A stretch of DNA of 64,000 nucleotides from an uncultured bacterium (GTDB taxonomy: Bacteria; UBP15; UBA6099): contig CAYPEK010000004.1 in the NCBI GenBank assembly GCA_964409645.1, forward strand, positions 6,135 through 70,134. The letters are read 5' to 3'. Made by a program: the position numbers and the translations under genes. Under the pieces are notes generated by a model, which worked only from the letters and a program-made list of their open reading frames with translations, searched no databases and had not been told where the DNA came from. The number at the start of each line of letters is the position of its first letter. Position 1 is the stretch's first letter. Below are positions 29,955-38,236 of the stretch, in pieces.

Positions 29955-30182
29955 TTGAAGGGATATATGGAACAGTTCGACAAATTCAAAGCAACCCACC
30001 TGCTCTGCCCGAAGTGCAACGTCGCCACGCCCGTGCGCGAGCGGCTTCTACTCGTGTTGCCGGACGGAGAATTGTACGAATACATCTGCTCGCGGTGCGG
30101 GGCCTCGCTCGGAAAAAGAAAAGTCACCGGCCCCGCTGCCGGATACATCCCGCCGCCGCCCGGCCGCCCGCAGTATATGTAA
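29955..30182 (+). CDS. Small zinc-ribbon protein
   Basis: CPKC...19 aa...CSRC four-cysteine arrangement in 75 aa. Confidence 0.4.
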   Translation: MKGYMEQFDKFKATHLLCPKCNVATPVRERLLLVLPDGELYEYICSRCGASLGKRKVTGPAAGYIPPPPGRPQYM

Positions 30183-30244
30183 AATTCAAAAGCAAACAAA
30201 ACCCGTCACGGGTCATAATACATCACAACAGTTTTATCTGATAT

Positions 30245-30598
30245 TTACAGATACTTCGCGGCCTTTTCCATCAGTTCCGAGAGGTCGGACGACTTCACAA
30301 CATACTCCTCGGCCGCCCACGTGGAAAAATCCTGCTTGAATGTCGGATACGCCGAAAGCAGTATCACCGGCAGATTCTTATTTTTCGTTTTGATCTGATT
30401 GAGAACTTCGAGCCCGTCAACATCGGGCATCTTGATGTCGAGGATCACAAGGTCAACCGCGTAGCTCATCTCCGAAAGCATGCTGATCGCCTCGCGGCCG
30501 CCCTGCGCCAAGATTACTTTGTAACCTTCGTCCTCAAATTCAGCCTGCACCAAATCCCTGATTTGAGGCTTGTCATCCACCACCAGTATCTTTTTCAT
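30245..30598 (-). CDS. Single-domain CheY-like response regulator receiver
   Basis: MKKILVVDDKPQIRDL...VDLVILDIKMPDVDGLEVLNQIK...PVILLSAY, containing the conserved Asp, the phospho-acceptor Asp and Lys. There is no output domain. Confidence 0.85.
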   Translation of the reverse strand: MKKILVVDDKPQIRDLVQAEFEDEGYKVILAQGGREAISMLSEMSYAVDLVILDIKMPDVDGLEVLNQIKTKNKNLPVILLSAYPTFKQDFSTWAAEEYVVKSSDLSELMEKAAKYL

Positions 30599-30944
30599 GA
30601 CGCTCGCCACCTTCAGGGTTCTTAATATAAATTATACCTATTACTTTTAAAATAACAAACTTCGATTTGCCTGATTCCGAAAAATATTCGCCGCCGTCAT
30701 CACCGACGTGCCGAATCCCGCAAACTCTCCCCCGCAACCGCATTTATGCTCTTCGTGCAGTCCGCCATTTCCCCATCTTTCCTTCAGAACTCATTCATGC
30801 CTCTCAATCCGGGAAAGAAAATCATAGCATAAAAACACCGCGCCCGGTCAACAAAACCGGCTTAAAATCCGCCAAACATGGAATTCCGCACCTATATAAT
30901 CTAAAATATATGCGGCATCTTTAAGGAACGGAGCTAAACCAACC

Positions 30945-32105
30945 ATGCAAACGATCAAACCCCACGGCGGCGCCCTCATCAACCGTATGGCCGAAGGCGA
31001 CCTGCTCAAAGACCTGACCTCCCGCGCCCCCGGGATGGTCAAAATAAACATCAATAATAAGGAACTTTCCGACCTGCTGATGATCGCCATCGGCGGATTC
31101 AGCCCGTTGACCGGCTTCATGCGGAAAGCCGACTACGACAGCGTCGTCGATACGAAACACCTCTCGAACGGGCTGCCGTGGACGATCCCGATCACGCTTT
31201 CCTGCGACGATGCAACCGCGTCGAAACTGAAACCCGGCGACGACGCGGCACTGTACGACGGCGACGGCGTCCTTCGCGGCGTGCTGCACATCGACGAGAA
31301 ATACACTTACGACAAAAAGAGAGAAGCGACGAAAGTCTATAGAACCGACGACGGAGCACACCCCGGCGTCGCATTTGTTTACGCGCAGGGCGACACCCTC
31401 CTCGGCGGCGACGTGTGGATGGTCGAGCGGCCGCAGCCACCCGAGTTCCCGCAGTACTGGCGCGACCCGGCGGAGACGCGCCGCATCTTCGAGGAGCGCA
31501 ACTGGAAACGCGTCGTCGCGTTCCAGACGCGGAACCCCGTGCACCGCGCGCACGAGTATATCCAGAAAGTCGCGATGGAAATCTGCGACGGGCTCCTGCT
31601 CCACCCGCTCGTCGGCGAAACGAAAAAGGGCGACATCCCGGCGGACGTCCGCATGAAATGCTACGAAGTGCTGCTTGACAACTACTACCCGAAAGACCGC
31701 ACGCTGTTGAGCGTGCTGCCCGCCGCGATGCGCTACGCAGGCCCGGCGGAAGCCATATTCCACGCCATCATGCGCAAGAACTACGGCTGCACCCACTTCA
31801 TCGTCGGCCGCGACCACGCCGGTGTCGGCAACTACTACGGCTCGTTCGACGCGCATTACATCTTCGATGAATTCGACCCTGCCGCGATCGGCATCACGCC
31901 GCTCTTCTTCGACTACACGTTCTTCTGCTCGAAGTGCGGCGGCATGGCATCGAACAAAACATGCCCGCACGACGCGTCGCACCACATCTCGCTCTCCGGC
32001 ACCAAAGTGCGCGAGATGCTGGCGAACGGCGAAATCCCGCCTGTCGAGTTCACGCGCCCCGAAGTCGCCGAAGTGCTCATCGAATCGATGAAAAACAACG
32101 GCTGA
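30945..32105 (+). CDS. sat: Sulfate adenylyltransferase (ATP sulfurylase)
   Basis: [23 protein letters not shown], and PUA-like N-terminal domain [14 protein letters not shown]. Confidence 0.9.
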   Translation: MQTIKPHGGALINRMAEGDLLKDLTSRAPGMVKININNKELSDLLMIAIGGFSPLTGFMRKADYDSVVDTKHLSNGLPWTIPITLSCDDATASKLKPGDDAALYDGDGVLRGVLHIDEKYTYDKKREATKVYRTDDGAHPGVAFVYAQGDTLLGGDVWMVERPQPPEFPQYWRDPAETRRIFEERNWKRVVAFQTRNPVHRAHEYIQKVAMEICDGLLLHPLVGETKKGDIPADVRMKCYEVLLDNYYPKDRTLLSVLPAAMRYAGPAEAIFHAIMRKNYGCTHFIVGRDHAGVGNYYGSFDAHYIFDEFDPAAIGITPLFFDYTFFCSKCGGMASNKTCPHDASHHISLSGTKVREMLANGEIPPVEFTRPEVAEVLIESMKNNG

Positions 32106-32167
32106 CAGGCCTACAACGATTTGTTGTTTTAAAATCAGAAATTCTAATCATGGAATATTACAGCTAT

Positions 32168-32192
32168 ATCCGTGTCTATCTGTGGTTCTTGC
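32168..32192. repeat. 25-bp direct repeat copy 1, ATCCGTGTCTATCTGTGGTTCTTGC
   Basis: It is an exact duplicate of 33208-33232. The two copies bracket an AT-rich 1015-bp segment. The repeat contains the heptads ATCCGTG and ATCTGTG spaced 10 bp apart. Confidence 0.9.
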
Positions 32193-32216
32193 AATGATAT
32201 AATATAACTATACAAT
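32189..32216 (+). promoter_or_regulatory. Putative sigma70-type promoter for the island gene: TTGCAA, 16-bp spacer, TACAAT
   Basis: The -35 element overlaps the end of repeat copy 1. The -10 element lies 22 nt upstream of ATG 32239. Confidence 0.35.
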
Positions 32217-32238
32217 TTCATATTGTGAGATTAGTAAA

Positions 32239-33168
32239 ATGACTGATGAAGAATTGATTAAAGAGATAAAAAGATTATTCGGGTCCAAGAGAATAACGCT
32301 CTTAAAAGCACTTCATGAATGTGCAGATAAAATACCCGTACAAGCAATGATTGAGCAAGAATTACAAAAAACAACGGGGCTGCATGTAAAATCATGTGTT
32401 GCGCTATCTGATGATACCCTGAAATGGATGTCTCAAAAGTCCAGTGACATTAAGAAGCTGAATTTCGATCCCGAAGACCGTTCCGAACTAATAGGAGATC
32501 CGAGTTTCTGGTTCCTTTTACTATTGAATAAGAATATAAAAGACCCTCTCGATTTCGATGAGAAGTTGGCGGAACGACACAACACTTTATTCTTTTGTGA
32601 AATCTGGGCAAGTATTCTTTTTCCTCTGTACACCTACGACATCTATTATTGGAAATATTCGAAAAAAGATAATATTCAGGAATTTGGCCCTTATAAGCCC
32701 CAAAAAAAGCACGAAGCAATTGCCGTTAATGACATGAAGAAGGCAATGAAAACATTCGGTTATAAATTAATATCGAAGAAAACAGCAAAAACAATAATCA
32801 GACAAGCTATAACGGATTGCGCGGAAAAAGGCGAGGCTACAGTTTTCGATTGTATCTTCAGCGATATGACATTTTATACGGAAACAAAATCACGGATGAA
32901 CATAGAAAGGAATGTTTATCCTGAGCTTGGAATGGAATGCAACTGGAGAGAATATTACGACAAAAAACATAAACTATATGAAAAAAAGATTTACATGCAA
33001 TTTTATGAAAGAGATGACGAGACCATCGTTATTGATTCTGAAGGCAGAATTAAAAAATTTGAGATAGGCTCAGGAAGTCACGCAAACATACCTTCCCAAT
33101 GGATCACTTACGATACCGATAAAAAGACCGGTTATCTTACCAGAAAAAAAGAAAAACACAAGGGATAA
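32239..33168 (+). CDS. Orphan hypothetical protein (309 aa, Lys-rich) on an AT-rich island
   Basis: The ORF is complete but its AT-rich composition clashes with the flanking genes. No family was recognised. Confidence 0.6.
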   Translation: MTDEELIKEIKRLFGSKRITLLKALHECADKIPVQAMIEQELQKTTGLHVKSCVALSDDTLKWMSQKSSDIKKLNFDPEDRSELIGDPSFWFLLLLNKNIKDPLDFDEKLAERHNTLFFCEIWASILFPLYTYDIYYWKYSKKDNIQEFGPYKPQKKHEAIAVNDMKKAMKTFGYKLISKKTAKTIIRQAITDCAEKGEATVFDCIFSDMTFYTETKSRMNIERNVYPELGMECNWREYYDKKHKLYEKKIYMQFYERDDETIVIDSEGRIKKFEIGSGSHANIPSQWITYDTDKKTGYLTRKKEKHKG

Positions 33169-33207
33169 ATCTGGATATAGTTTTCCCGAAATAGTAAGTG
33201 CTATTGA

Positions 33208-33232
33208 ATCCGTGTCTATCTGTGGTTCTTGC
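33208..33232. repeat. 25-bp direct repeat copy 2 (identical to 32168-32192)
   Basis: Exact match. It ends 8 nt from the glmM stop codon (33241-33243). Confidence 0.9.
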
Positions 33233-33240
33233 TTTGCTGG

Positions 33241-34614
33241 TCAGTTGACTTTGAGTTCTTTTTTGACTGTATTGAGGATTTCGTCGGTGCTGGCTTCGGC
33301 GATTTCTCGATCCCACGTTTCAACCATGACGCGTATCAGCGGTTCCGTGCCGGAGGGCCGCACGACAACGCGGCCGTTTTCGCCGAGGCGCTTTTCTATC
33401 TCCGCAACCTTTTTCTGTATCTTCGCGTTTTCGTAAAACGCTTCCCTGTTCGGGACTCTTATGTTCTTTAGAAACTGCGCCGAGCGCTTCATCTTCGTGA
33501 GTTCGGAGAACGGCTTTTTCAGCGCGGCGAAGTATTTCACCGTCTGAGCGGCGGTGATGAGCCCGTCGCCGGTTGTTGACAGGTCGAGAAAGATTATATG
33601 GCCGGACTGCTCGCCGCCGAGGTTGTAGCCGCCTGCGACCATCTCACGCATGACAAACTTGTCGCCTACCGCGGCGCGTATCATTTTACCACCGAGCTTC
33701 TTCAGCCCGAGCTCGAACCCCATGTTCGTCATCACCGTTGTGACAACCGTTTTCTTAGGCAGCCGGTTTTCCTTTATCATCTGTCCGGCGCAGAGAAGCA
33801 TTATCTGGTCGCCATCGACTATATTGCCTTTTTCGTCTATAAAAATCACGCGGTCGGCGTCGCCGTCGAAGGCGAATCCGAGCGCCGCGCCGTGCTTGAG
33901 CACCTTCTTCGCGAGTTTGTCCGGCCGCGTCGATCCGCAGTCAACGTTGATCTTCCTGCCGTCTTCATCCGCGTTGACGAACATGACGTCTTCCGCGACT
34001 TCTCTGAAGACACGCTTAGCGTATCTGGACGCCGCGCCGTTCGCGCAATCGATTATGATCCGGCCGTCGATGAACACGCCGCGCAGCAGCCGCCGTACGT
34101 ACGCGATGTAATTTGTCGCCATGTTGCCTTTGTCGAGCGAGGAGCCGACTTTGTCGCCGGACGGCAACTCAAGCGCATACGGCCCCTGCGCGATCAGCTT
34201 CTCGATCGCCCGCTCGTCTTCGTCTTCGAGCTTGCCGCCCTCGCCTGAGAAAACCTTAATGCCGTTGTCCTCGACCGGGTTGTGTGAGGCGGAGATCATG
34301 ATCCCGCAGTCGCAGCCGAGATTCGCCGTCAGGTACGCGAGTCCGGGCGTCGGGACGATGCCTATGCAAAGCGCGTCGCACCCGGCGGACGTGATACCCG
34401 CTACGAGCGCTGTTTCTATCATGTCGCCGGACACCCGCGTGTCCTTGCCGACAAGCACCCGTCCCGGCGTACCCTTCTTCACCGTGCACAGATGATGCGC
34501 GGCGCAGCGTCCGACCGCCAGAGCTATCTCCGCCGTGAGTTCCACATTCGCCACGCCACGTATGCCGTCGGTGCCGAACCGCACCGTATTTTTATTCTTT
34601 CCGTAAGTCGCCAT
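33241..34614 (-). CDS. glmM: Phosphoglucosamine mutase
   Basis: MATYGKNKNTVRFGTDGIRGVAN, active-site SASHNPVEDNGIKVF, GIVPTPG. Confidence 0.9.
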   Translation of the reverse strand: MATYGKNKNTVRFGTDGIRGVANVELTAEIALAVGRCAAHHLCTVKKGTPGRVLVGKDTRVSGDMIETALVAGITSAGCDALCIGIVPTPGLAYLTANLGCDCGIMISASHNPVEDNGIKVFSGEGGKLEDEDERAIEKLIAQGPYALELPSGDKVGSSLDKGNMATNYIAYVRRLLRGVFIDGRIIIDCANGAASRYAKRVFREVAEDVMFVNADEDGRKINVDCGSTRPDKLAKKVLKHGAALGFAFDGDADRVIFIDEKGNIVDGDQIMLLCAGQMIKENRLPKKTVVTTVMTNMGFELGLKKLGGKMIRAAVGDKFVMREMVAGGYNLGGEQSGHIIFLDLSTTGDGLITAAQTVKYFAALKKPFSELTKMKRSAQFLKNIRVPNREAFYENAKIQKKVAEIEKRLGENGRVVVRPSGTEPLIRVMVETWDREIAEASTDEILNTVKKELKVN

Positions 34615-34618
34615 CTTT

Positions 34619-35809
34619 TCAGTCACCTGTTCTTGCAATTAACGTTTTCACCGGGCTGGTATCATATTCGAGCTTCACCTGCTCATGAACCTTGTTAAGA
34701 TGCACGTCCGGTCTAATCTCGTATTCGCCGGGTTTAAGGCCGAGCAGGTCCACCTTTGCCGCCACCTCGGTCGCATCGATCCGTGAAACAACGTCCGCTG
34801 GCCCCGTAAGAACGACATCCACGTTCGCGGGACTGAAGTTAACACTGCATCCATCACACAAATTGAGTCCGCGTACCATTACGGTAATTGTCTTCTTTTC
34901 CGCTTTCTGCGGCTCGCAACTGAACGTCACCGTCGGCGGGTCGGCCATAACACCTTCGGGCAGCTTCATTTTCAACTGATACGCTCCACCGCCTTCGCAC
35001 ACACTGACGTCGAACGGCTCCGTCGTCGCCGCCTTTATCTTCTTTATCTTCGCTTCGTCGCCGCTCAGCGACACTTCCTCGGGCAGGTAATACGCATCCG
35101 GATACCCTTTCTCGTCACCCGGATTCTTGAACACCACCTTCACGGGAACCGTCGCCGTCTGCTTCGACACAATCTGAATGCTCACGGAAATCTTTTCCGG
35201 CACTATATGCACCGATGTTACGTCATTTCCTTCCGGGTCCTGCGCCGATATGCGATAATTACCTCTGAACGAGCGCTTCTTTCCCTCGATGCTCAATTTC
35301 ACGACCAGCCTCGATACCGATTTCAGGTCCTCTCGATCGCCGTATGCGCGCGCCGACATCGGCCTGTATTCCGACTGCCCCTGCATGTAACCTTCCGGAA
35401 GCAGGCCGGACAGCCTCAGCTCGACCGGCAGCTCGATCTTTTTGAGCGGTTTGAGGACAACCTCGATGTCGCGCGTCATGAGCCGCGCCCTCAGACCGGT
35501 TTTGTTGACCAGTTTCACCCCGACTCTGTGAGAGCCTTCCTTGAGCCCCGACAGATTCGCCACCGCATACAGTTTCTCGCCGCTGATATTGTCCATCAGC
35601 TTCGTGTTGCCGGTCAGCTCGACCCGCACCGATTCGTCTTTCGAATCGCCGAAACCACATTCAGGCACGAGATTTACGTACTTAACTTTCGCGGGATACG
35701 TGATGCTCGTCCTCGGATTCTGGCTGGCGTTTATGAACCACCATAGCCCGCACGCGAGCAGAACCGAGATTATCTTTATCTTGTAATTGTTCAGTATCAG
35801 CTTCTTCAT
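34619..35809 (-). CDS. cdaR: YbbR-domain protein CdaR, regulator of diadenylate cyclase
   Basis: Single N-terminal TM (MKKLILNNYKIKIISVLLACGLWWF) followed by repeated YbbR-like beta domains. It sits in the canonical position between cdaA and glmM. Confidence 0.7.
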   Translation of the reverse strand: MKKLILNNYKIKIISVLLACGLWWFINASQNPRTSITYPAKVKYVNLVPECGFGDSKDESVRVELTGNTKLMDNISGEKLYAVANLSGLKEGSHRVGVKLVNKTGLRARLMTRDIEVVLKPLKKIELPVELRLSGLLPEGYMQGQSEYRPMSARAYGDREDLKSVSRLVVKLSIEGKKRSFRGNYRISAQDPEGNDVTSVHIVPEKISVSIQIVSKQTATVPVKVVFKNPGDEKGYPDAYYLPEEVSLSGDEAKIKKIKAATTEPFDVSVCEGGGAYQLKMKLPEGVMADPPTVTFSCEPQKAEKKTITVMVRGLNLCDGCSVNFSPANVDVVLTGPADVVSRIDATEVAAKVDLLGLKPGEYEIRPDVHLNKVHEQVKLEYDTSPVKTLIARTGD

Positions 35810-35846
35810 AATTTGCTTTCCGGCAATCAACGCCGGCCGCGCGGCC

Positions 35847-36680
35847 TCACTTCTTCTCCGAGCCGAGGAACGACGAGAACCCGGTTCCGGTCGGCACGAA
35901 AAGCGAATACAGCAACTCGCGGAGCGCATCCGGTTTAATGTCGCGGATCAGCTTGCCGCTGTGCGCGAGCGAAATGTAGCCTGTTTCCTCGGAGACGACG
36001 AGCGAGACGGCGTCCGTCACCTCGGATATTCCAAGCGCGGCGCGATGCCGCGACCCGACGTCCTGCGGCAGCGACGGGTTCTCCGACAGCGGCAGAAAAC
36101 ATCCCGCGGCCAGCACCCGGTTACCGCGCACCAGCACCGCCCCGTCGTGCAGGAACGTATGCGGAAAGAATATCGTTTTGAGCAACTCGGGCGACAGCAC
36201 GCCGTCCATAAACGTCCCGGAACGCGTGTAGTCCTCGAGGCTTGTTTCCTGCTCGACCACTATGAGCGCGCCCATCTTCACGATGGACAGGTCCTCCAAT
36301 GTGACAATCAGCGAATGAATGAGTTTTATGATGTCTTCTTTTTCGAGGCCGGCGAACCTGCGCTGCCAGAACCCGCGCTGCCCCATCGACTCGAGCGCGC
36401 GCCGCAACTCCGGCTGGAACACTATCAGCAGCGCCACCACAATCACCGCACTGAGGCTCTTGATTATGAAAAAGATCGTGTCCAGTTTGAAGATGCCGGC
36501 CACCAGCGCGAACAGAATGAATACGCCCAGCCCTCGAAGGATGGACACCGCGCGGGTCTTCTGCAGATTTATGATGATGTAGTAAAACACCACCGATATA
36601 ACAATGATCTCCACCGCCGCCTTGATTATGTCCACCGGCGTCGTCGGGATCGGTATGTTGAAGATCGACTGTATGTCCAT
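35847..36680 (-). CDS. cdaA: Diadenylate cyclase CdaA (DisA_N domain) with three N-terminal TM helices
   Basis: DGAVLVRGNRVLAAGCFLPLS and RHRAALGISEVTDAVSLVVSEETGYISLAHSG. Confidence 0.9.
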   Translation of the reverse strand: MDIQSIFNIPIPTTPVDIIKAAVEIIVISVVFYYIIINLQKTRAVSILRGLGVFILFALVAGIFKLDTIFFIIKSLSAVIVVALLIVFQPELRRALESMGQRGFWQRRFAGLEKEDIIKLIHSLIVTLEDLSIVKMGALIVVEQETSLEDYTRSGTFMDGVLSPELLKTIFFPHTFLHDGAVLVRGNRVLAAGCFLPLSENPSLPQDVGSRHRAALGISEVTDAVSLVVSEETGYISLAHSGKLIRDIKPDALRELLYSLFVPTGTGFSSFLGSEKK

Positions 36681-36683
36681 CGG

Positions 36684-38093
36684 TTATCCCGTTGTGAGAA
36701 TCCGTTTCGCCTTCTTGATTTGCGCTCGGACGGACGCCGGAGACGCCGCCCCCGGCCCGGTGCGCTTCGTCAGTCCGGCCGCCGGTTCGAGGAACTTCGC
36801 CGCGTCCGGCCCGAACAGCGGCGACGCCGCCGTCAATTCGGCGGGTGTCAGGCCCTTGAATTCGATCCCGCGCTCGACGCAGCTCCGCACGAGCCGCCCC
36901 ACAACAGAGTGCGCCTCCCGAAACGGCATCCCTTTCAGCACGAGGTAGTCGGTCAGGTCCACCGCGTTGAGCAGCCCCGTGCCCGCCGCGGCCGCCATGC
37001 GGTCCGTGTTAAACGTCGCGCCGTCTATCAATTTCGCGAAAAGCCGTAGTGATGCGGCAACCGTTTTCGCCGCGTCGAACACCGGCTCCTTGTCTTCCTG
37101 CATGTCCCGGTTGTACGTCAGCGGGAGCGATTTCATCACCATCAGGAGCGCCACCAGATCGCCCGCCACGCGGCCGTTCTTGCCCCTGATAAGCTCCGCG
37201 ACGTCCGGGTTCTTCTTCTGCGGCATTATGCTGCTGCCCGTGCAGAGCGCATCCGGCAGCGACACAAAACCGAACTCCGGTGACATCCACATAACAAGCT
37301 CTTCGCACGCGCGGCCGAGGTGGTTCATGCAGATCGCCGCCGCCGCGAGAAATTCGATTGCAAAGTCCCGGTCGGCCACCGCGTCCATGCTGTTATCCGC
37401 CGGAGCGTCGAACCCGAGCGTCCGCGCCGTCAGCTTCGGATCGGTCGGCAGCGCCGTGCCCGCGAGCGCGCCCGCCCCCAGCGGGAGCGTGCCCATCCGC
37501 GCCGCGCAATCCGCGAACCGCCCGGCGTCCCGGTCCAGCATGAAAAAGTACGCCATGAGGTGATGCCCCAGCGGAACCGGCTGCGCGTGCTGCGTGTGCG
37601 TGAAACCGGGCATGAGTGTCTCAGCGTGCTTCTCGGCCTGAGAGACGAGCGCCGCCTGCGCCGCCCGTATGCCGCACCTGATGTCACCCGACGCCGCCCG
37701 CAGATAAAGCTTCAGATCGGTTGCCACCTGATCGTTCCGCGAGCGCGCGGTGTGCAGCCGCCCGGCCGCCGGCCCGATCAGCTCCGCCAGCCGCGACTCG
37801 ATGTTCATGTGCACGTCTTCAAGGCAGACTTTGAACTTGAAGCTGCCGCTCTCGATATCTTCGCGGATCTGCTTGAGCCCGGCATGTATTTTCTTTACGT
37901 CGGATTTCGATATGATCCCGCAGGCGGCGAGCATTGCCGAATGCGCCAACGACTGCTCGATGTCGAATTCCGCAAGCTCGCGGTCGAAGCTCACCGACTC
38001 GGTGAACCGCTCGACATCGGCGTCCGTGCCGCCGCTGAACCGGCCGCCCCACGGCTTCTTCGCGACCTCTTTTTTATCGTTTTTCTTTGGCAT
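36684..38093 (-). CDS. argH: Argininosuccinate lyase
   Basis: WGGRFSGGTD, TARSRNDQVATDLKLY, GSSIMPQKKNPDVAELIRGK (fumarate lyase signature). Confidence 0.9.
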   Translation of the reverse strand: MPKKNDKKEVAKKPWGGRFSGGTDADVERFTESVSFDRELAEFDIEQSLAHSAMLAACGIISKSDVKKIHAGLKQIREDIESGSFKFKVCLEDVHMNIESRLAELIGPAAGRLHTARSRNDQVATDLKLYLRAASGDIRCGIRAAQAALVSQAEKHAETLMPGFTHTQHAQPVPLGHHLMAYFFMLDRDAGRFADCAARMGTLPLGAGALAGTALPTDPKLTARTLGFDAPADNSMDAVADRDFAIEFLAAAAICMNHLGRACEELVMWMSPEFGFVSLPDALCTGSSIMPQKKNPDVAELIRGKNGRVAGDLVALLMVMKSLPLTYNRDMQEDKEPVFDAAKTVAASLRLFAKLIDGATFNTDRMAAAAGTGLLNAVDLTDYLVLKGMPFREAHSVVGRLVRSCVERGIEFKGLTPAELTAASPLFGPDAAKFLEPAAGLTKRTGPGAASPASVRAQIKKAKRILTTG

Positions 38094-38236
38094 AGCAAAA
38101 ACTACCGAAAAGTATTCTATATTTTAATATCCATATATTTAACACTTTTTGAATATATATATTCAATTTAACATATCTTAATTTTTTTCGATTGTTTTTC
38201 GATCAGAAATAACGATGCCCGCATCAATTTTTTTCT

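Noticed and set aside
32168-33232. Two-repeat CRISPR-like array or tRNA-derived att site
   Set aside because: There are only two identical 25-bp units, ~1 kb apart, with a protein-coding gene between them. That is not a repeat-spacer array. Neither copy nor the surrounding sequence folds into a tRNA 3' end, as there is no GTTC-loop or CCA context.
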